A program made the translations under genes and the position numbers. The notes under the pieces were generated by a model. That model was not told the origin of the DNA. It saw only the letters and a program-made list of their open reading frames with translations, and ran no database searches. From the human T2T-CHM13v2.0 reference genome, Homo sapiens: DNA of 64,000 nt. Of the stretch, positions 1 through 11,548 are shown piece by piece (within the stretch, counting starts at the first letter, position 1; the number at the start of each line of letters is the position of its first letter). The stretch lies in NCBI RefSeq assembly GCF_009914755.1, contig NC_060927.1, one strand, 5' to 3'.

Positions 1-787
1 GCAATCCTATTTCCCCATTTGTGTCATGGAGGGTGGTTCCTTTACACTGGCATTTGATAAGCCAGTCATCTGATCCTAGGGCTCACATAGCTGCGGGCTG
101 ATGGAGTTCTCTACTGGGGCTCTGGGAGTAGAGGTTTGGTCTCTATTAGAACCTTCACGTGCCCACTGTGCAGTGTCCCTGATGTTTGTCCCTGGAGGCT
201 GGGCTAATGAACCCTAAAGGGAATAGAATAAAGCCCATTATACTTGGCCCCTTAGTGTTACCAGAGAGATCCTGGGCCTGGGGTGGCAGATGCCTGGCAC
301 TGGAAAAAAGAGGCTTTGGAAGCTGACTTCTTATTGTATTTTGGGTCCCAGGCCAGCAGGGAGCTATAGAACCCTTGAGTGGCATCTTCTCAGGCTTCAA
401 GTCATACTGTCCCAAGGCAGACGACTATCCTCTCTGTTGGGAAACATTTTCAAAAGATAGATGGCTGCCTCTCATAGGAGCACACTCAAACCTCACCATC
501 CCAAGGGATGTTAAGTCCTCCCCTACGGCTCAGCCAGCAAACAAATGGGTGCTCAAGTTCCTGGCACTGCTCTTCAGCCACAGCCTCCAGGAGAGCAGGG
601 GACCTGACTCCAGGGAACACTTCCCACAGTCACAGTGGCCCTTAGAGGCCTGGCTGGGTCAGGAGCAGCCACTTTCCGTTCAGTGGTTAGATGTCTAGGG
701 CTAGTCTTCAAATGAGTGAAACCCAATTCTTCCAGTTATTATTCAATGTATTAAATCCTATAGGTTGAAAGGAAAAAGAGAATTTAC

Positions 788-850
788 CGTGAAAGTCATT
801 TCCTTCTAATTTCTGCCATCTTCGGACTCCATTTCCAACACCTTGGAATC
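788..850 (-). CDS. KY: KY coding exon 2 ((G)FQGVGNGVRRWQKLEGNDFH, phase 1/1, 63 nt)
   Basis: Acceptor TATTTTGCAG| at 851, donor CACG|GTAAAT at 787. Joins exon 1 in frame and continues the recalled KY sequence. Too short to appear in the ORF track. Confidence 0.93.
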
Positions 851-2065
851 CTGCAAAATAACAAGCTTCTCTGAGGTGGGAGACTCAGGGCAAAAGAGTG
901 ATGTACCAGTTGCAGACTTATCTAGGTTATGGTAGAGCAGGTGGATCTTGGCTCTCTTGGAATCTGAGAGAGGCTACCCATGAATAAGATGCCCTTGAGG
1001 GAATGAATGCAACTCTCAAAATTCAAAACATTTAAAAACTGTTAAAACAGTTTTCAAGGGCAGCAGGGTTGGTTATCAGGGTCATTTAGGGAGAATTTTT
1101 GTAGTACAGATGCCCATTTTCCACTTCCACCTCTCCACTGCATACATATGAAAGCATTATTTTAGAAGTCATTTGCTATCCACATTGCCTGCCTATTTCT
1201 GTATGTGGTGAATCACCCACTTTTAGAGTCTTGATATAGAGTGGGGGGAGTGGGCTAAGACCGTCAATCCCAATGGGAATGGAAAATGACAGTTGCCAGT
1301 TCTCTTGGCCTCCCTTGCAGCTAGAGGGTAAACACGTATGGCCTAGCCATGGCCAATCTGATGTACCTGTGTTTCACTCTGCCTTGGGACCTGGTGATGC
1401 AACAGGGAAGGGAAGGAAAGCTCTCGCTCTGGCTGCGGCTGCAAGTGGTAGCCGCAAGGTCGAGTTCCTGGCACAGCATGGGGATACGTTCTGGCAGCGG
1501 GAGCTGCTGCAATAAAATTGAGATCCTGGCGCGGAAGGAGTATTCAGTGCTCCTTGGTGGCCGAGGAGGTTTCCTCACTAGACCAGCTCGTTGGTGCTGC
1601 TTACGGTACTGTTCCTGGAAGCTCAGCCTTGAGTCTTATTCTCCAGCCCTCTCAACCACTCAGGGGCCGCCACTCTCTTCTTAACACCCTTCTTTTCTGC
1701 AGAGTCCCCCATAGCCAGTGCCAGTGACTTACCACTTGGAACCCTCATGACACACCTATGGAGTAGAATACACAAACCACATAGACTTTTGGGATAAGAC
1801 CTAAGACTTCAAAGCTCATTGGGTCTTGCCCCAGGCAGCTATAGGCTATATCCTCTACTGCTGCAGGAGTATATGCACTCTACTTTCTGATAGGAGTTGA
1901 GGGCTTTCAGGCACGTTTTGGAGAAGCACTGTTCTAGGGAAATGACTGGGAGGCTGCTAGGGCCTTACAGAAATGGGAGAGAACATCTGCTGGCTCTGCA
2001 GCCCAAATTCCTAGTGACCTAGCCTGTCCACACTCTCCTTGCCTTCTTGTCCCCCTGACTCTTTT

Positions 2066-2118
2066 CTTCCAGCAGAAGGGCCACTTCCAGCAGAAGGCCC
2101 TTCCAGCAGAAGGGCCAC
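2066..2118. repeat. Short tandem repeat (CTTCCAGCAGAAGGGCCA) x3
   Basis: Three copies read directly; the middle one is 2 nt shorter. Confidence 0.9.
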
Positions 2119-3973
2119 TCGTTACGGATTACTCCATCCTCTGCATTGCAACAATAATTGAGCTTTGATCTTTTCTGACATGGAGCCTAGGCCCTCTTTT
2201 ATATAACCAAGGAAGATCCACTCTCCAGTGGAGGATCTGGAGTGTGGAGGAGAAAGGAGGAGATACCTGGAAGTGAGCAAGAGTTTGTTTTATATCTTGC
2301 ACCCATGGGAGGCTTTGGAACAAGCTGGTCTTATTGGGCATTTTCCTCCCTTAGGCTGTTTTTCGAGGAAAGGGTCTGCAGGCTGGCTTTGCCTGGGGTC
2401 TCCTGAATATCATCTCTGCCCACCAGGCATCAAAAGCCATGCACTTTTCCTCTTCTCTGCTCTGGTTGTGAATAAGTGACACAGATCTCTACACTGTCAT
2501 TCATAGCATCGGTGAGAAACGGCCATCAGAAAAATATTTGGAGAAAAAGTTCAGCAGAAAGGGCCCAGCCATTAGGGGTCTTTTTTTCTCTGTCATAGTC
2601 ACTAGTGTGCATACATGAGTCTGGAGCCATGGCGAGTTTGTGCTAGGTGTTGGGCACCTCTCAGGGCAGTCCTGATGCCTGGTGTTTCCTGGGCTTCTCT
2701 GCATTCTTTGCCCTTTCTAGTGTCAGAGCCTTTAGAAGTGATGTGATCAGAGAGGATTGGGAGTAGGGGACTCGTGGGCTGACCTGGAACTAGGCCTCGC
2801 CACACACTGGAGAAGGCATTCTGGACTGTGGTACATGTATTCAGAGCAGTCTCATTTCTATCAAGAAGTTGATGCCCTCTGTTGACTTTCTAACTACAAA
2901 TACCCTGGGCAGGCCATTTCCCCTTCTCCCAAGAGTAGGTCTGATAACTAAAGAGCCAACGAATCCAAACAACTCCTGCTTCAGTCAGGAATCAGCCCTG
3001 AGACTAGAGCGCCTGTCAACATACTCAGCCCTCTAGATTCTGTTTCTTTCCCCTGCCTGCCTTCCCAAGAGGTTCCCAGGGCTCTGGAGGCAGCTCCAGC
3101 CTATGTGGCTGGTAGTGGCAAGGCCATCCACAGCAGCATTACTTTAGCAAGGCAGGTGGAAGGTGGATGTTCAATGAGCACAGAGGCTCTGGGGACAGAA
3201 GAACCAAGGGCAGAGCAGCAGCAGGAATTCCAAGGAGCTCCAGAGCTGGAGGGGAGGAGAGAGGCAGAAGTCATTCTCCTGCATGGGCTGTCAGGCCTAA
3301 CTCCTAAAGAACTGGCCCGCAGTCCGCCTAGTGCATCCTCACACCAGCCTCGGAGACAGCTTGCCATCCAGGACCCTGAGGTTCTCTGGCTTTTCAGGGG
3401 CTTATTTAACCTCCATTATCATCCCTCTGTACTCCATTCACATTGTGTTCTGTCGTCTGGAGAACAGAGAGGCCCGGATCCTGCTTTCCACAATCACTCT
3501 ATAAACAGTCACTTTATTTTACCAATCTACAACTTACAAATTTACCCAGAAAGTGTGTAGGACAAGTAAAATTGATGGATAAGTTCAAGTGGAGACAGCA
3601 GGTTTCAAATCTTACCCTATCCAAACCTGCGTTCCTTTTACGCCTTTCATGCCTTCCATCTATAGGAGGCTGGGAGAAAGTCTCAAGAAAGGAGAAACTG
3701 AGGCTGTAAATTGTGCAAGGCCACACAGGGAGCTCCCCATCTAAAAGTCTGACTCAGCCCAAAGGTTTCCCAGCGTCCCCTGTGCCCTGCAGTGTGCTGT
3801 GGGGGGGAGCAGGCCTCTGCTACCCATGAGTCAGCCCTGAGGCTCTGGCCGCCTTCCTCCAGGGTATCTTCCAATCTTGCTCTACACCCGTTAGGGAGTG
3901 GCTGGGAGGAAAAAGACTCCCAGGGGTGACAGAAGCACCCACAGGCCTGCACAGGGAGTGAAACTGGGGCAAT

Positions 3974-4017
3974 CACGGGGCTGCGCGTTGCCACGGGACT
4001 GCGCGTTGCCACGGGAC
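3974..4017. repeat. 18-bp tandem repeat CACGGGRCTGCGCGTTGC x2.4
   Basis: Read directly. Confidence 0.9.
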
Positions 4018-4177
4018 GCCGGTGCCACTGCGGGGAAGCGACGGCAGCCATGGGGGAGAGGGTCGGGTTCGCTGACCTCGTTCGGGGGAGCAATGGGCGC
4101 CCCCCGGCGGGCAGGCCCTTGTGGCAAGGAGGCCAAGGTGCCGGGGGACCCGGGGACCCGGGTCGGGCGCGCGTTAC

Positions 4178-4313
4178 CTCCTCCGCGCTGCAGCAGCGAG
4201 CTCGGGTTCGCCTGCTGGTCTGAGAGCGTACCCTGTGCGGCGCGCCGCTTCTCCGAGTGCACGATCAGCAGCATGTCGATAGATACAGCGTTGATGTCCT
4301 TCTTCAGCTCCAT
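4178..4313 (-). CDS. KY: KY coding exon 1 (MELKKDINAVSIDMLLIVHSEKRRAAQGTLSDQQANPSSLLQRGG, plus first base of Gly46)
   Basis: Translation matches the KY N-terminus as I recall it. ATG at 4313 in strong Kozak context (GGCATCATGG); donor GAG|GTAACG at 4177; 136 nt, phase 1. Confidence 0.95.
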
Positions 4314-5160
4314 GATGCCGCCTCCTTTCCGACCTGGGCGCCGCGGCCGCACGCTAGGCTGCTTGCGCTGCAAATGGCCCCGTGCGCGCAGCTGCCCCAC
4401 ACGGGAGAGGGCGAGGGCGCGGAAGAGGGCGCTCCCCCGCCGCTGGAGCCGCAGGGCGCTGCTTTTCGCTGACTCTGCCAAACACGCCATTAGGGCCCGC
4501 CTGGGAGGGCGCTACCCTAATGAAGCGGCTCTAAGTCACCTTTGAAAGGAAATCCCCGGGCCCAAGCCTTGACCTGCACCGGGGCCATAGTCAGCAGGGG
4601 CGGCCGGTCCAGAGCCTCCCTCCCTGCGCCCCTGCCTCCCGCCCGGTGCACTTGAAGCGCTGGTCCTGGGCTCCAGGGCTTCTCTGGCTGAGCGCTGCCT
4701 CATCCCCACGGTCTCCGGAGGGTTCTCGAGAGGGCTGGAGCCGACCTCCCACGAGAAGCCCCTGGCAAATACAGAAATCGCACAGTGCTGTCAACATTGA
4801 GAGTAGATTCAGGAAAAGGAAAGACAGCAAAGGGGCTCCAGATTGAATTGCAAGATGTGCAGAGATTGTCCAAGTTTTGGCCTCGACCTCACTCCTTCCC
4901 TGGGTTGGTTTTGGAGGTTGACAGCTCTCTCTCCCTAGGAGGGAGTTGGGTGGGGTGTTGGAGTCAGGAGCTCCCCCCAGTTACGGCCCCTGTAGAACTT
5001 GGAACATGCCCATTGAGTATCAAGCTAACGATCCTCTTTGATCTGAAACGAAAGTCTTAAAGTCTCTGTTCGTTCTAGAAGCCTGGCTCCTGCCCTGTGG
5101 GGAAGGAGGGAGGGGGAGAGGAGGAGGCTGGGGCACAGGGAGCTGGACCTGAGAAGCCTT

Positions 5161-5170
5161 CTATTTTTAG
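5161..5170. promoter_or_regulatory. Consensus MEF2 site CTATTTTTAG, ~850 bp upstream of the KY ATG
   Basis: Exact match to CTA(A/T)4TAG; function is inferred only. Confidence 0.5.
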
Positions 5171-5449
5171 CCCGGCCTGGCCTGCCCAGCCAACAGCAGC
5201 AGGGGTTTGGCTGTAGGTCTCAGGAGTGTTTACATAGGCTTCTGCCTGGTACCCCTGGGCACTACGGGCCCACCCTGCTGGGGGCGTTCCCCTAATTCGA
5301 GTTTCTACTGTTAATAAATGCACCCCCACATGGAGGCCTTTGCTCTGGGAGCCCTCCCCGCATTGGAGTGTATGGACCCCACCTTGTAGCATGGTCCTGA
5401 GAGTTCCCAGATCCTCCTTGGAGCAGCCTGTGTCACACAGACTGCATTC

Positions 5450-5625
5450 CAGTACCAGCTCCATCACTTCCTGGCTGTGTGACCTTGGACCAGCCATTTT
5501 CCCTCCACCTTCTCACCCTTATCACTGGGTTGATAAAAATTTCTCACATGGCTGTTGTGAGAATGGCATGAATGTAAGGCGCCTGGTGTATAGAAAGTGG
5601 TCTTCATATGGTAGCTGTCATTCTT
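5450..5625. mobile_element. MIR SINE
   Basis: Core motif 'ggctgtgtgaccttgg ... ggctgttgtgagaatgg ... aatgtaaggcgcctgg'. Confidence 0.7.
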
Positions 5626-5988
5626 ACTTCATTTTAAGGGTGAGGAAAGGGAAAGATGGAGTGACAAGTGACTGATGGAGCAGAGAAGCAGGAGAGATGT
5701 CACAGCCACACTCTGAGATTCTGAAGGTCTTCCTCCAATAACAGTGGCTCAGAGTTTGGTTCCGTGTAAAGGCTGTTGTCTTATTGCATTACCAGCGCCC
5801 CCCCCCACCACCCCACCCCCTGACTCACCCACTGGGCATCTGATGGAAGGAGAGGTTGTTGGCTTCCAGTAATGTTGAACTGGAGTCCCTAGAGAGCTGA
5901 GGCCATAGACAGGCAAGTGGAGATGGCTGACTTCCAAGGCAGGTTTCCTTCTGCTAAAGTGAGTCTTGTCCTGTCTGTATGTGTGCAG

Positions 5989-6024
5989 GTACACACACAC
6001 ACACACACGCGCGCGCGCGCACAC
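5989..6024. repeat. (AC)n(GC)n compound microsatellite
   Basis: 36 bp of uninterrupted purine-pyrimidine alternation. Confidence 0.95.
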
Positions 6025-6492
6025 CTGGGAGGCTGGCTAACACTTACTCTCTATGTGGCTGGGGAAGTAAGAACTATGCATTATGCAAAGCTCTTGGGGT
6101 GTTGGAGATTGCTGAGGCAGATCTCAGGTCCCAGAGTCCCCCCAACTACCCTGGGCCAGTCAGTGTTGTCTAACTCCTTCAAGTGTCAGGTTGTCTGAAG
6201 TGCTGAAATCAACTAGAAGCCTGTGTACAGCACCCTTGGTTGCCGGATGGGTCTGAGTGTTGGTGATGGTGGGGGGAGCTGAAGTCCCCTTTCCTTACAC
6301 TTGCATTCCCATCTCCCAACCCTTGCTCTCCTGCTGGAAAGTGTCATTGCTAGGAACTCGCAAACTCTGGTGCCCCCTCCCAGAACTGCCTCTGGAGAAG
6401 GATATTCTGACCTGGGAATGTGCTGCCAGGGGTCTGGGGAAATGGTGTGGAGGCCTCCTGTCTCTCTGCTATGTCTGAAGACAGCTTCGGAG

Positions 6493-6702
6493 CAGGGCCT
6501 CTCATCCTTGGCGCTATTGACATTTTGAGCCAGATAATTCTCTTTGGTGGGGCTTTCCTGTACACTGTGGGATGTCTAGCAGCATCCCTGGCCTCTACGC
6601 ATTAGATGCCAATCACATTCACTTCCCTATTGTGAGAACTTAGAATGTCTCCAGACATTGACCAATGTTTCCTTTGGAAAGAATTGCAGTGTGAACACCG
6701 CT
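6493..6702 (-). mobile_element. MER20 (hAT-Charlie DNA transposon)
   Basis: Reverse complement of MER20 consensus segments 'ctattgacattttg..cagataattc' and 'agcagcatccctggcctctac..attagatgcc..aatgtctccagacattg'. Confidence 0.85.
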
Positions 6703-9700
6703 TTGGAGCAAACTCCTGAAATTGGAGTCACCTCGACTGCTCTGGGAGATGCTGCTGCCCCTGGATCCTGATGGTGCCTGACACCTAGACCCTCTTCTCA
6801 GAGGTTTACCCATGGCCATCAGTCCAACAGCCTAGCTTCTGGGGCCTGCCAGGAGCATAGATGAGATGCTCTTCTTAATGCCAACTCTATTCCCATCCTT
6901 GGCCTGGGTTGACTTAGCTGCTTCCCCTCTTCCCCACTATCCATTCTTGGGCTGAGAGGGAGACACCATGGGGAAGGTGATGTGGCTGAAGGCATTGGGA
7001 TGTATCAGGAAAGGGGAAGGAGAGACAAGAGAACACTGAGGTGGCTGGGATATCATTCAAGTAGAGGCTGTATCCCTTCTGCTCAAATCCTCCCTCCAGC
7101 TGCTCACACAATCAACGGGACAAATAACAGAACGCTCAGCCTGCAAATCTCCAGACCCATCTCTTCCTTTTTCCCTACCAAACCCACACATGCTTCAACA
7201 GAAACCATGTCCTCTACACCCCAAACACACCATACTAGCCCCTCCATCCTGCTACCATCTTGAATAAAAAAGATGCAAGGCTCTCTGTATTCCGACCTAA
7301 ATAATTAATCTGCATCCTTGTCTTAGTAGCTGACAAACCAGGGGCTTTCTCCATTCTTGAGCAAAACTTTATTTTAATCAAAATGAGTGGGAATTCCAGG
7401 ATACAGAAAGACAAAGGACAGTCAAAATAGTTGTATTGTCACCTTTGTCAAATTCAACACTTAGACACATCCAGCTGTCAGCAGCCCTGCATCCGATACT
7501 CCTCTGCTAGAAGGTGAGATTTGTCAGTTGTCTGAATGGTTCTGGGCCCTGAGTTGGTTCTGCTGTCTTGGAGATAAGGAGGGTTCACCAGGGGCAGGGC
7601 TTGCTCCTGGCAGTTGAAGCTGTCACCAGAGAGGAGTGTGTTTTGACCCCCACTGTTTTCCCTCAGAAATGGTAGTTTTGCTGGGACCATCAGTCATAGC
7701 TGTTTTTACCACTCTTGGGATTCCAAGAGGCAAGTTTCTCTCTTCTCTATAGAGATAGAGTAAGTAAGCCAATGCAATAAAGGCTTTTGGCAGGGAATTT
7801 TCTCCATTGATGACGTGGGGAAGAGGCACACAGAGAGTTCTGTGAGTTGGTGAAGAGTAACAGACCAAGTTCCAGTCTCCTAACTCCCTCAGCCTACCCT
7901 GAGATGAGTGAATCCTTACATGGGATACTGGATACCTTTCCCAGAAACCTTTCCTCAGCCAGTGTAGGCTTCCCATGGCCTCTTGACTGGCCTGGCTTAG
8001 CTTGATTCTGCTTCTGAGCCTTTGCTATTGCTATGATTTCTGCCTGGAAAACCCCTTTGGACTTCCCCGGCAAGTACAGTTTAAGCATCCTTCAAGACCC
8101 TGTGGGGAGGGTCTCATGAATGTGGTTTCACAGTTGGAGGGCGGGTATAGAAGGAACTGGAGCCATTCCCTCCCCTCTACTTTGAAGCCTTCCTGGGTAC
8201 CCCAGTCCTTGGAGCTTCTGGGGAATGCCAGTTCTCTGTGGTGCCTCTTTTTACAATCCCAATAGTTAATTTGGAAGCTCACCCCTGCTCTTGTCCCACA
8301 CCCACCAAATTTGGAAATCATATCAATCCCCTCTGGAGCAGTTATGCCAGGCAAACCTGTTTCCAGACACTGTCTCCCAGTAGGGTGATAGTGAACAATG
8401 TACTTAACCTCTCCGAGCCTCAGTTTTCCTCATCTGTCAAGTGGGTGAGGGTGTTGCTGGGATTAAATGAGATAAAGTACTTAGCTATGGGTAGTTATAG
8501 CTATGGCAACTTCCTGTATTCCAGCCAGACCCCCTGCTGGGTCCTGCTCTGGGGAAGGTCTCATGGATGTGGTTTCACAGTTGGAGATGGAGTATAGAAG
8601 GAACCAGAGCCATCTCTGACCTCCGTGTTGCCTTCCTTCTCATATCACTGCTCTGTGGCCACTGTTCTCAAACACAGAAAACCTCAGTGAGCCACAGAAT
8701 CCATTCCTTGAAGAACTGATGTCAGATCTGTGCAGCTGCAGCCTGTTTGGCAGGAGTTACGGCACAGCACAGTTCTGCTTCCTTCCCACCCTGATGGCAC
8801 TTGTGAACTCTCTGTGTGCATTCAGTAGGATAAACCTTTGCATTATCTCCATTTTATAGATGAGAAAACAGAGGTTTAGAAACCTAATGTGACCTACCCA
8901 AGGTCTCACATGTGTCTTACAGGTAGCAGGGGACACCCAACCCTTGACACCCCACCCAACTCTGTATGCTCCAAAGCTCATGTGCTGAACAACACCTGCC
9001 CCCCTACCCTATATGGCCATAACATGCCCATGAGCTGAGGCTGCATAGTGCCCGAGCCAAGGAAAAGATCAGCTGTCAGCCTATGGGGAAGATGGTCTTA
9101 ACAATCACGATGAACACACCTTGACTCGGGGTTTCAAGACCTCTGTTGAGGTTCTTGGAAAAATTCTTTGAGCTCAAGCCCTGAGCTGGGCCTTTGGGGA
9201 CAGATTTTACAGGCTCTGTGGCATCAGTTGTTTTGGGTGGAGAGAGAACTGGTGGCAGTGGCAGTAGTAAAAAGTTGGTGGCTGGGAGCATTCAGCAGTC
9301 TTCAGGAGCAGTAGCCCTGCCAGGGATGGAGAGGAAGTGTGTTGTGATAGTTCCATACCATTCTGGGGTGAGGATGGTTACACTGTAAAGAGAGCTTTCC
9401 ACCTCTGCTAGGTTTGCCATGAAGACGTTTCCCAGCACAGATGACGGCTTGTTCTTGAGACCTCACTATGTGCAATGCCATAGGATGAAATGAAAGAGTA
9501 AGGACAGGGGAGAGGCATCTGTCCTCCCAGAGAGGAGGGGCCAGGAAGGCTACATCCCCAAACAGTGTCCTCAGGGATGAATGAGTAGGAGAGAGGGACA
9601 GGCTTTCCAGGCAAGAAGGAGCCTGAGCAGGAAATAGGAGGAGCTGGAAGGAGTGATGGAGGTGAAAGAGAAAAACGCGTGTCTCAGGAAGTGAAAGCAG

Positions 9701-10384
9701 GCCAGTCTGGTTGGTGCTATGGTGCAGGGGAAGAGCACTGAGAGGAGCAGAAGAGCAGCCAAAGCCAGTCTGCTGTGGGTGAAGCTTCAGCTGCCCATCT
9801 GAGTGGCGATGCTGATCCTGGTCAGCAGGGATGGAAGAGCAGGGACTGTTCACAAGTGTGAGGGTGCAGGTCCCACGGTTGCCTTAGACATGATCAAAAC
9901 CACTGTCACCCGAAACTGGCCTTCTGGAGAAGATGCTAGGCAAGGGTGGTGATGATAGGAAGAGACAGTCAAGCACCACATACAGATGCTGTGTAAGAAA
10001 AGGAGGATATTTTGGGGTAGTGTGGGGCAGAGTGCCTGGGTGAAGTGGGGAACTGGGCTCAGATGGAGAGGACAGGCAGGGGAGACACAGAGCCTCCACC
10101 TAAGCTGAAGGGCCACGCCCCAGCTCAGTTGTCAGACTCAGGCGACCCATCTGGGTGAGCTGGGTCATAAAGTCCCATCAGGAGACAAGATGCTCTGTCA
10201 AATTCAGGCTCATTACTAACAATTTAGAAAGTGCAAGAACTATATAAAGAAGAAAATAAAGCCACCTAAATCCCGTCATCCCACCATCTAGAGATAATCA
10301 CTTCTAAACATTTTGTTATTTAGTATTTCCTTTCATTATGACTACAACATAGAGTATAATAAGTGAACATTTATTATATATAGG

Positions 10385-10735
10385 TGTGTTAGTCTGTTTT
10401 TATGCTGCTGACAAAGACATACCTGAAACTGGGAAGAAAAAGAGGTTTAATTGGACTTACAGTTCTATGTAGTTGGGGAGCCCTCAGAATCATGATGGGA
10501 GGCAAAAGACTCTTACATGGCGGCAGCGAAAGGCAATGAGGAAGAAGCAAAAGCGGAAACCCCTGATAAACTCATCAGATCTTGTGAGACTTATTCACTA
10601 TCAGGAGAACAGTATGGGAAAGACTGGCCCCCATGATTCAATTGCCTTCCTCTGGGTCCCTCCCACAACACACAGGAATTCTGGGAGATACAATTCAACT
10701 TGAGATTTTGGCGGAGACACAGCCAAACCATATCA
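10385..10735 (-). mobile_element. THE1-family solo LTR (ERVL-MaLR) with 5-bp TSD ATAGG
   Basis: TG...CA termini, ends 'acacagccaaaccatatca'; ATAGG at 10380-10384 and 10736-10740. Confidence 0.93.
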
Positions 10736-11241
10736 ATAGGTGTGAAATAAAAATGAATATTTTTATTTAAAAAGTATAATTGGTATTGCACCATATATAG
10801 TTTGGTATCATGATTTTTTTTCACTCAACCTGTAATGAATAGTTTACTAAAAACTCTTCAAAAGCTAATTTAAAAGATTGCTTAGTCACTTTTTATACTG
10901 ACGTGCCACAATCCATTTTTCTATTTTCTCATTGTTGGACTTTTAGTTTGTTTTGCATTGTCTACTTTTATAAATAATGTGATAATAAATATCTTTGACT
11001 ACATTTCTGGTTATTTCCTTAGAATAGATTCTTGGAAGTGGAATTACTGAGTCAAAGACTATGACTATTTTAAACATTGAGATATATATATATGAAATGT
11101 CAAATTGCCTTCCAGAAAGACTGTGCCTATTTACACTCATTAGCTGTGTATGTCAACCTCTCCATACACTATCACAAGCATTGAAAACTATTGGTACATC
11201 AACCTTTGCCATTATGATAATTGATATATGGTAACCTTTTC

Positions 11242-11548
<307 letters not shown>

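Larger units (their letters stand above)
851..4177 (-). other. KY: KY intron 1 (3327 bp, GT-AG)
   Basis: Bounded by the donor and acceptor of exons 1 and 2. Confidence 0.9.
3970..4760. promoter_or_regulatory. KY: CpG island / KY promoter and first exon
   Basis: Dense CpG and high GC against a CpG-poor background; E-box CAGCTG at 4389-4394; no obvious TATA box. Confidence 0.85.

Noticed and set aside
1500-1570. Peptide KIEILARKEYSVLLGG loosely resembling actin KIKIIAPPERKYSVWIGG
   Set aside because: No actin similarity in the flanks; no poly(A) or TSD; most likely chance.
3891-4177. Continuation of the KY ORF past residue 45 (NARPTRVPG...)
   Set aside because: Read-through into intron 1; the donor at 4177 splices in frame to exon 2.
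3898-4545. 215-aa plus-strand ORF antisense to KY exon 1
   Set aside because: GTG start; GC-rich islands lack stops; low-complexity R/A/G/P composition; no recognisable domain.
10658-10671. Possible PRDM9 hotspot motif in THE1
   Set aside because: Reads CCTCCCACAACAC, not the hotspot-associated CCTCCCTNNCCAC.
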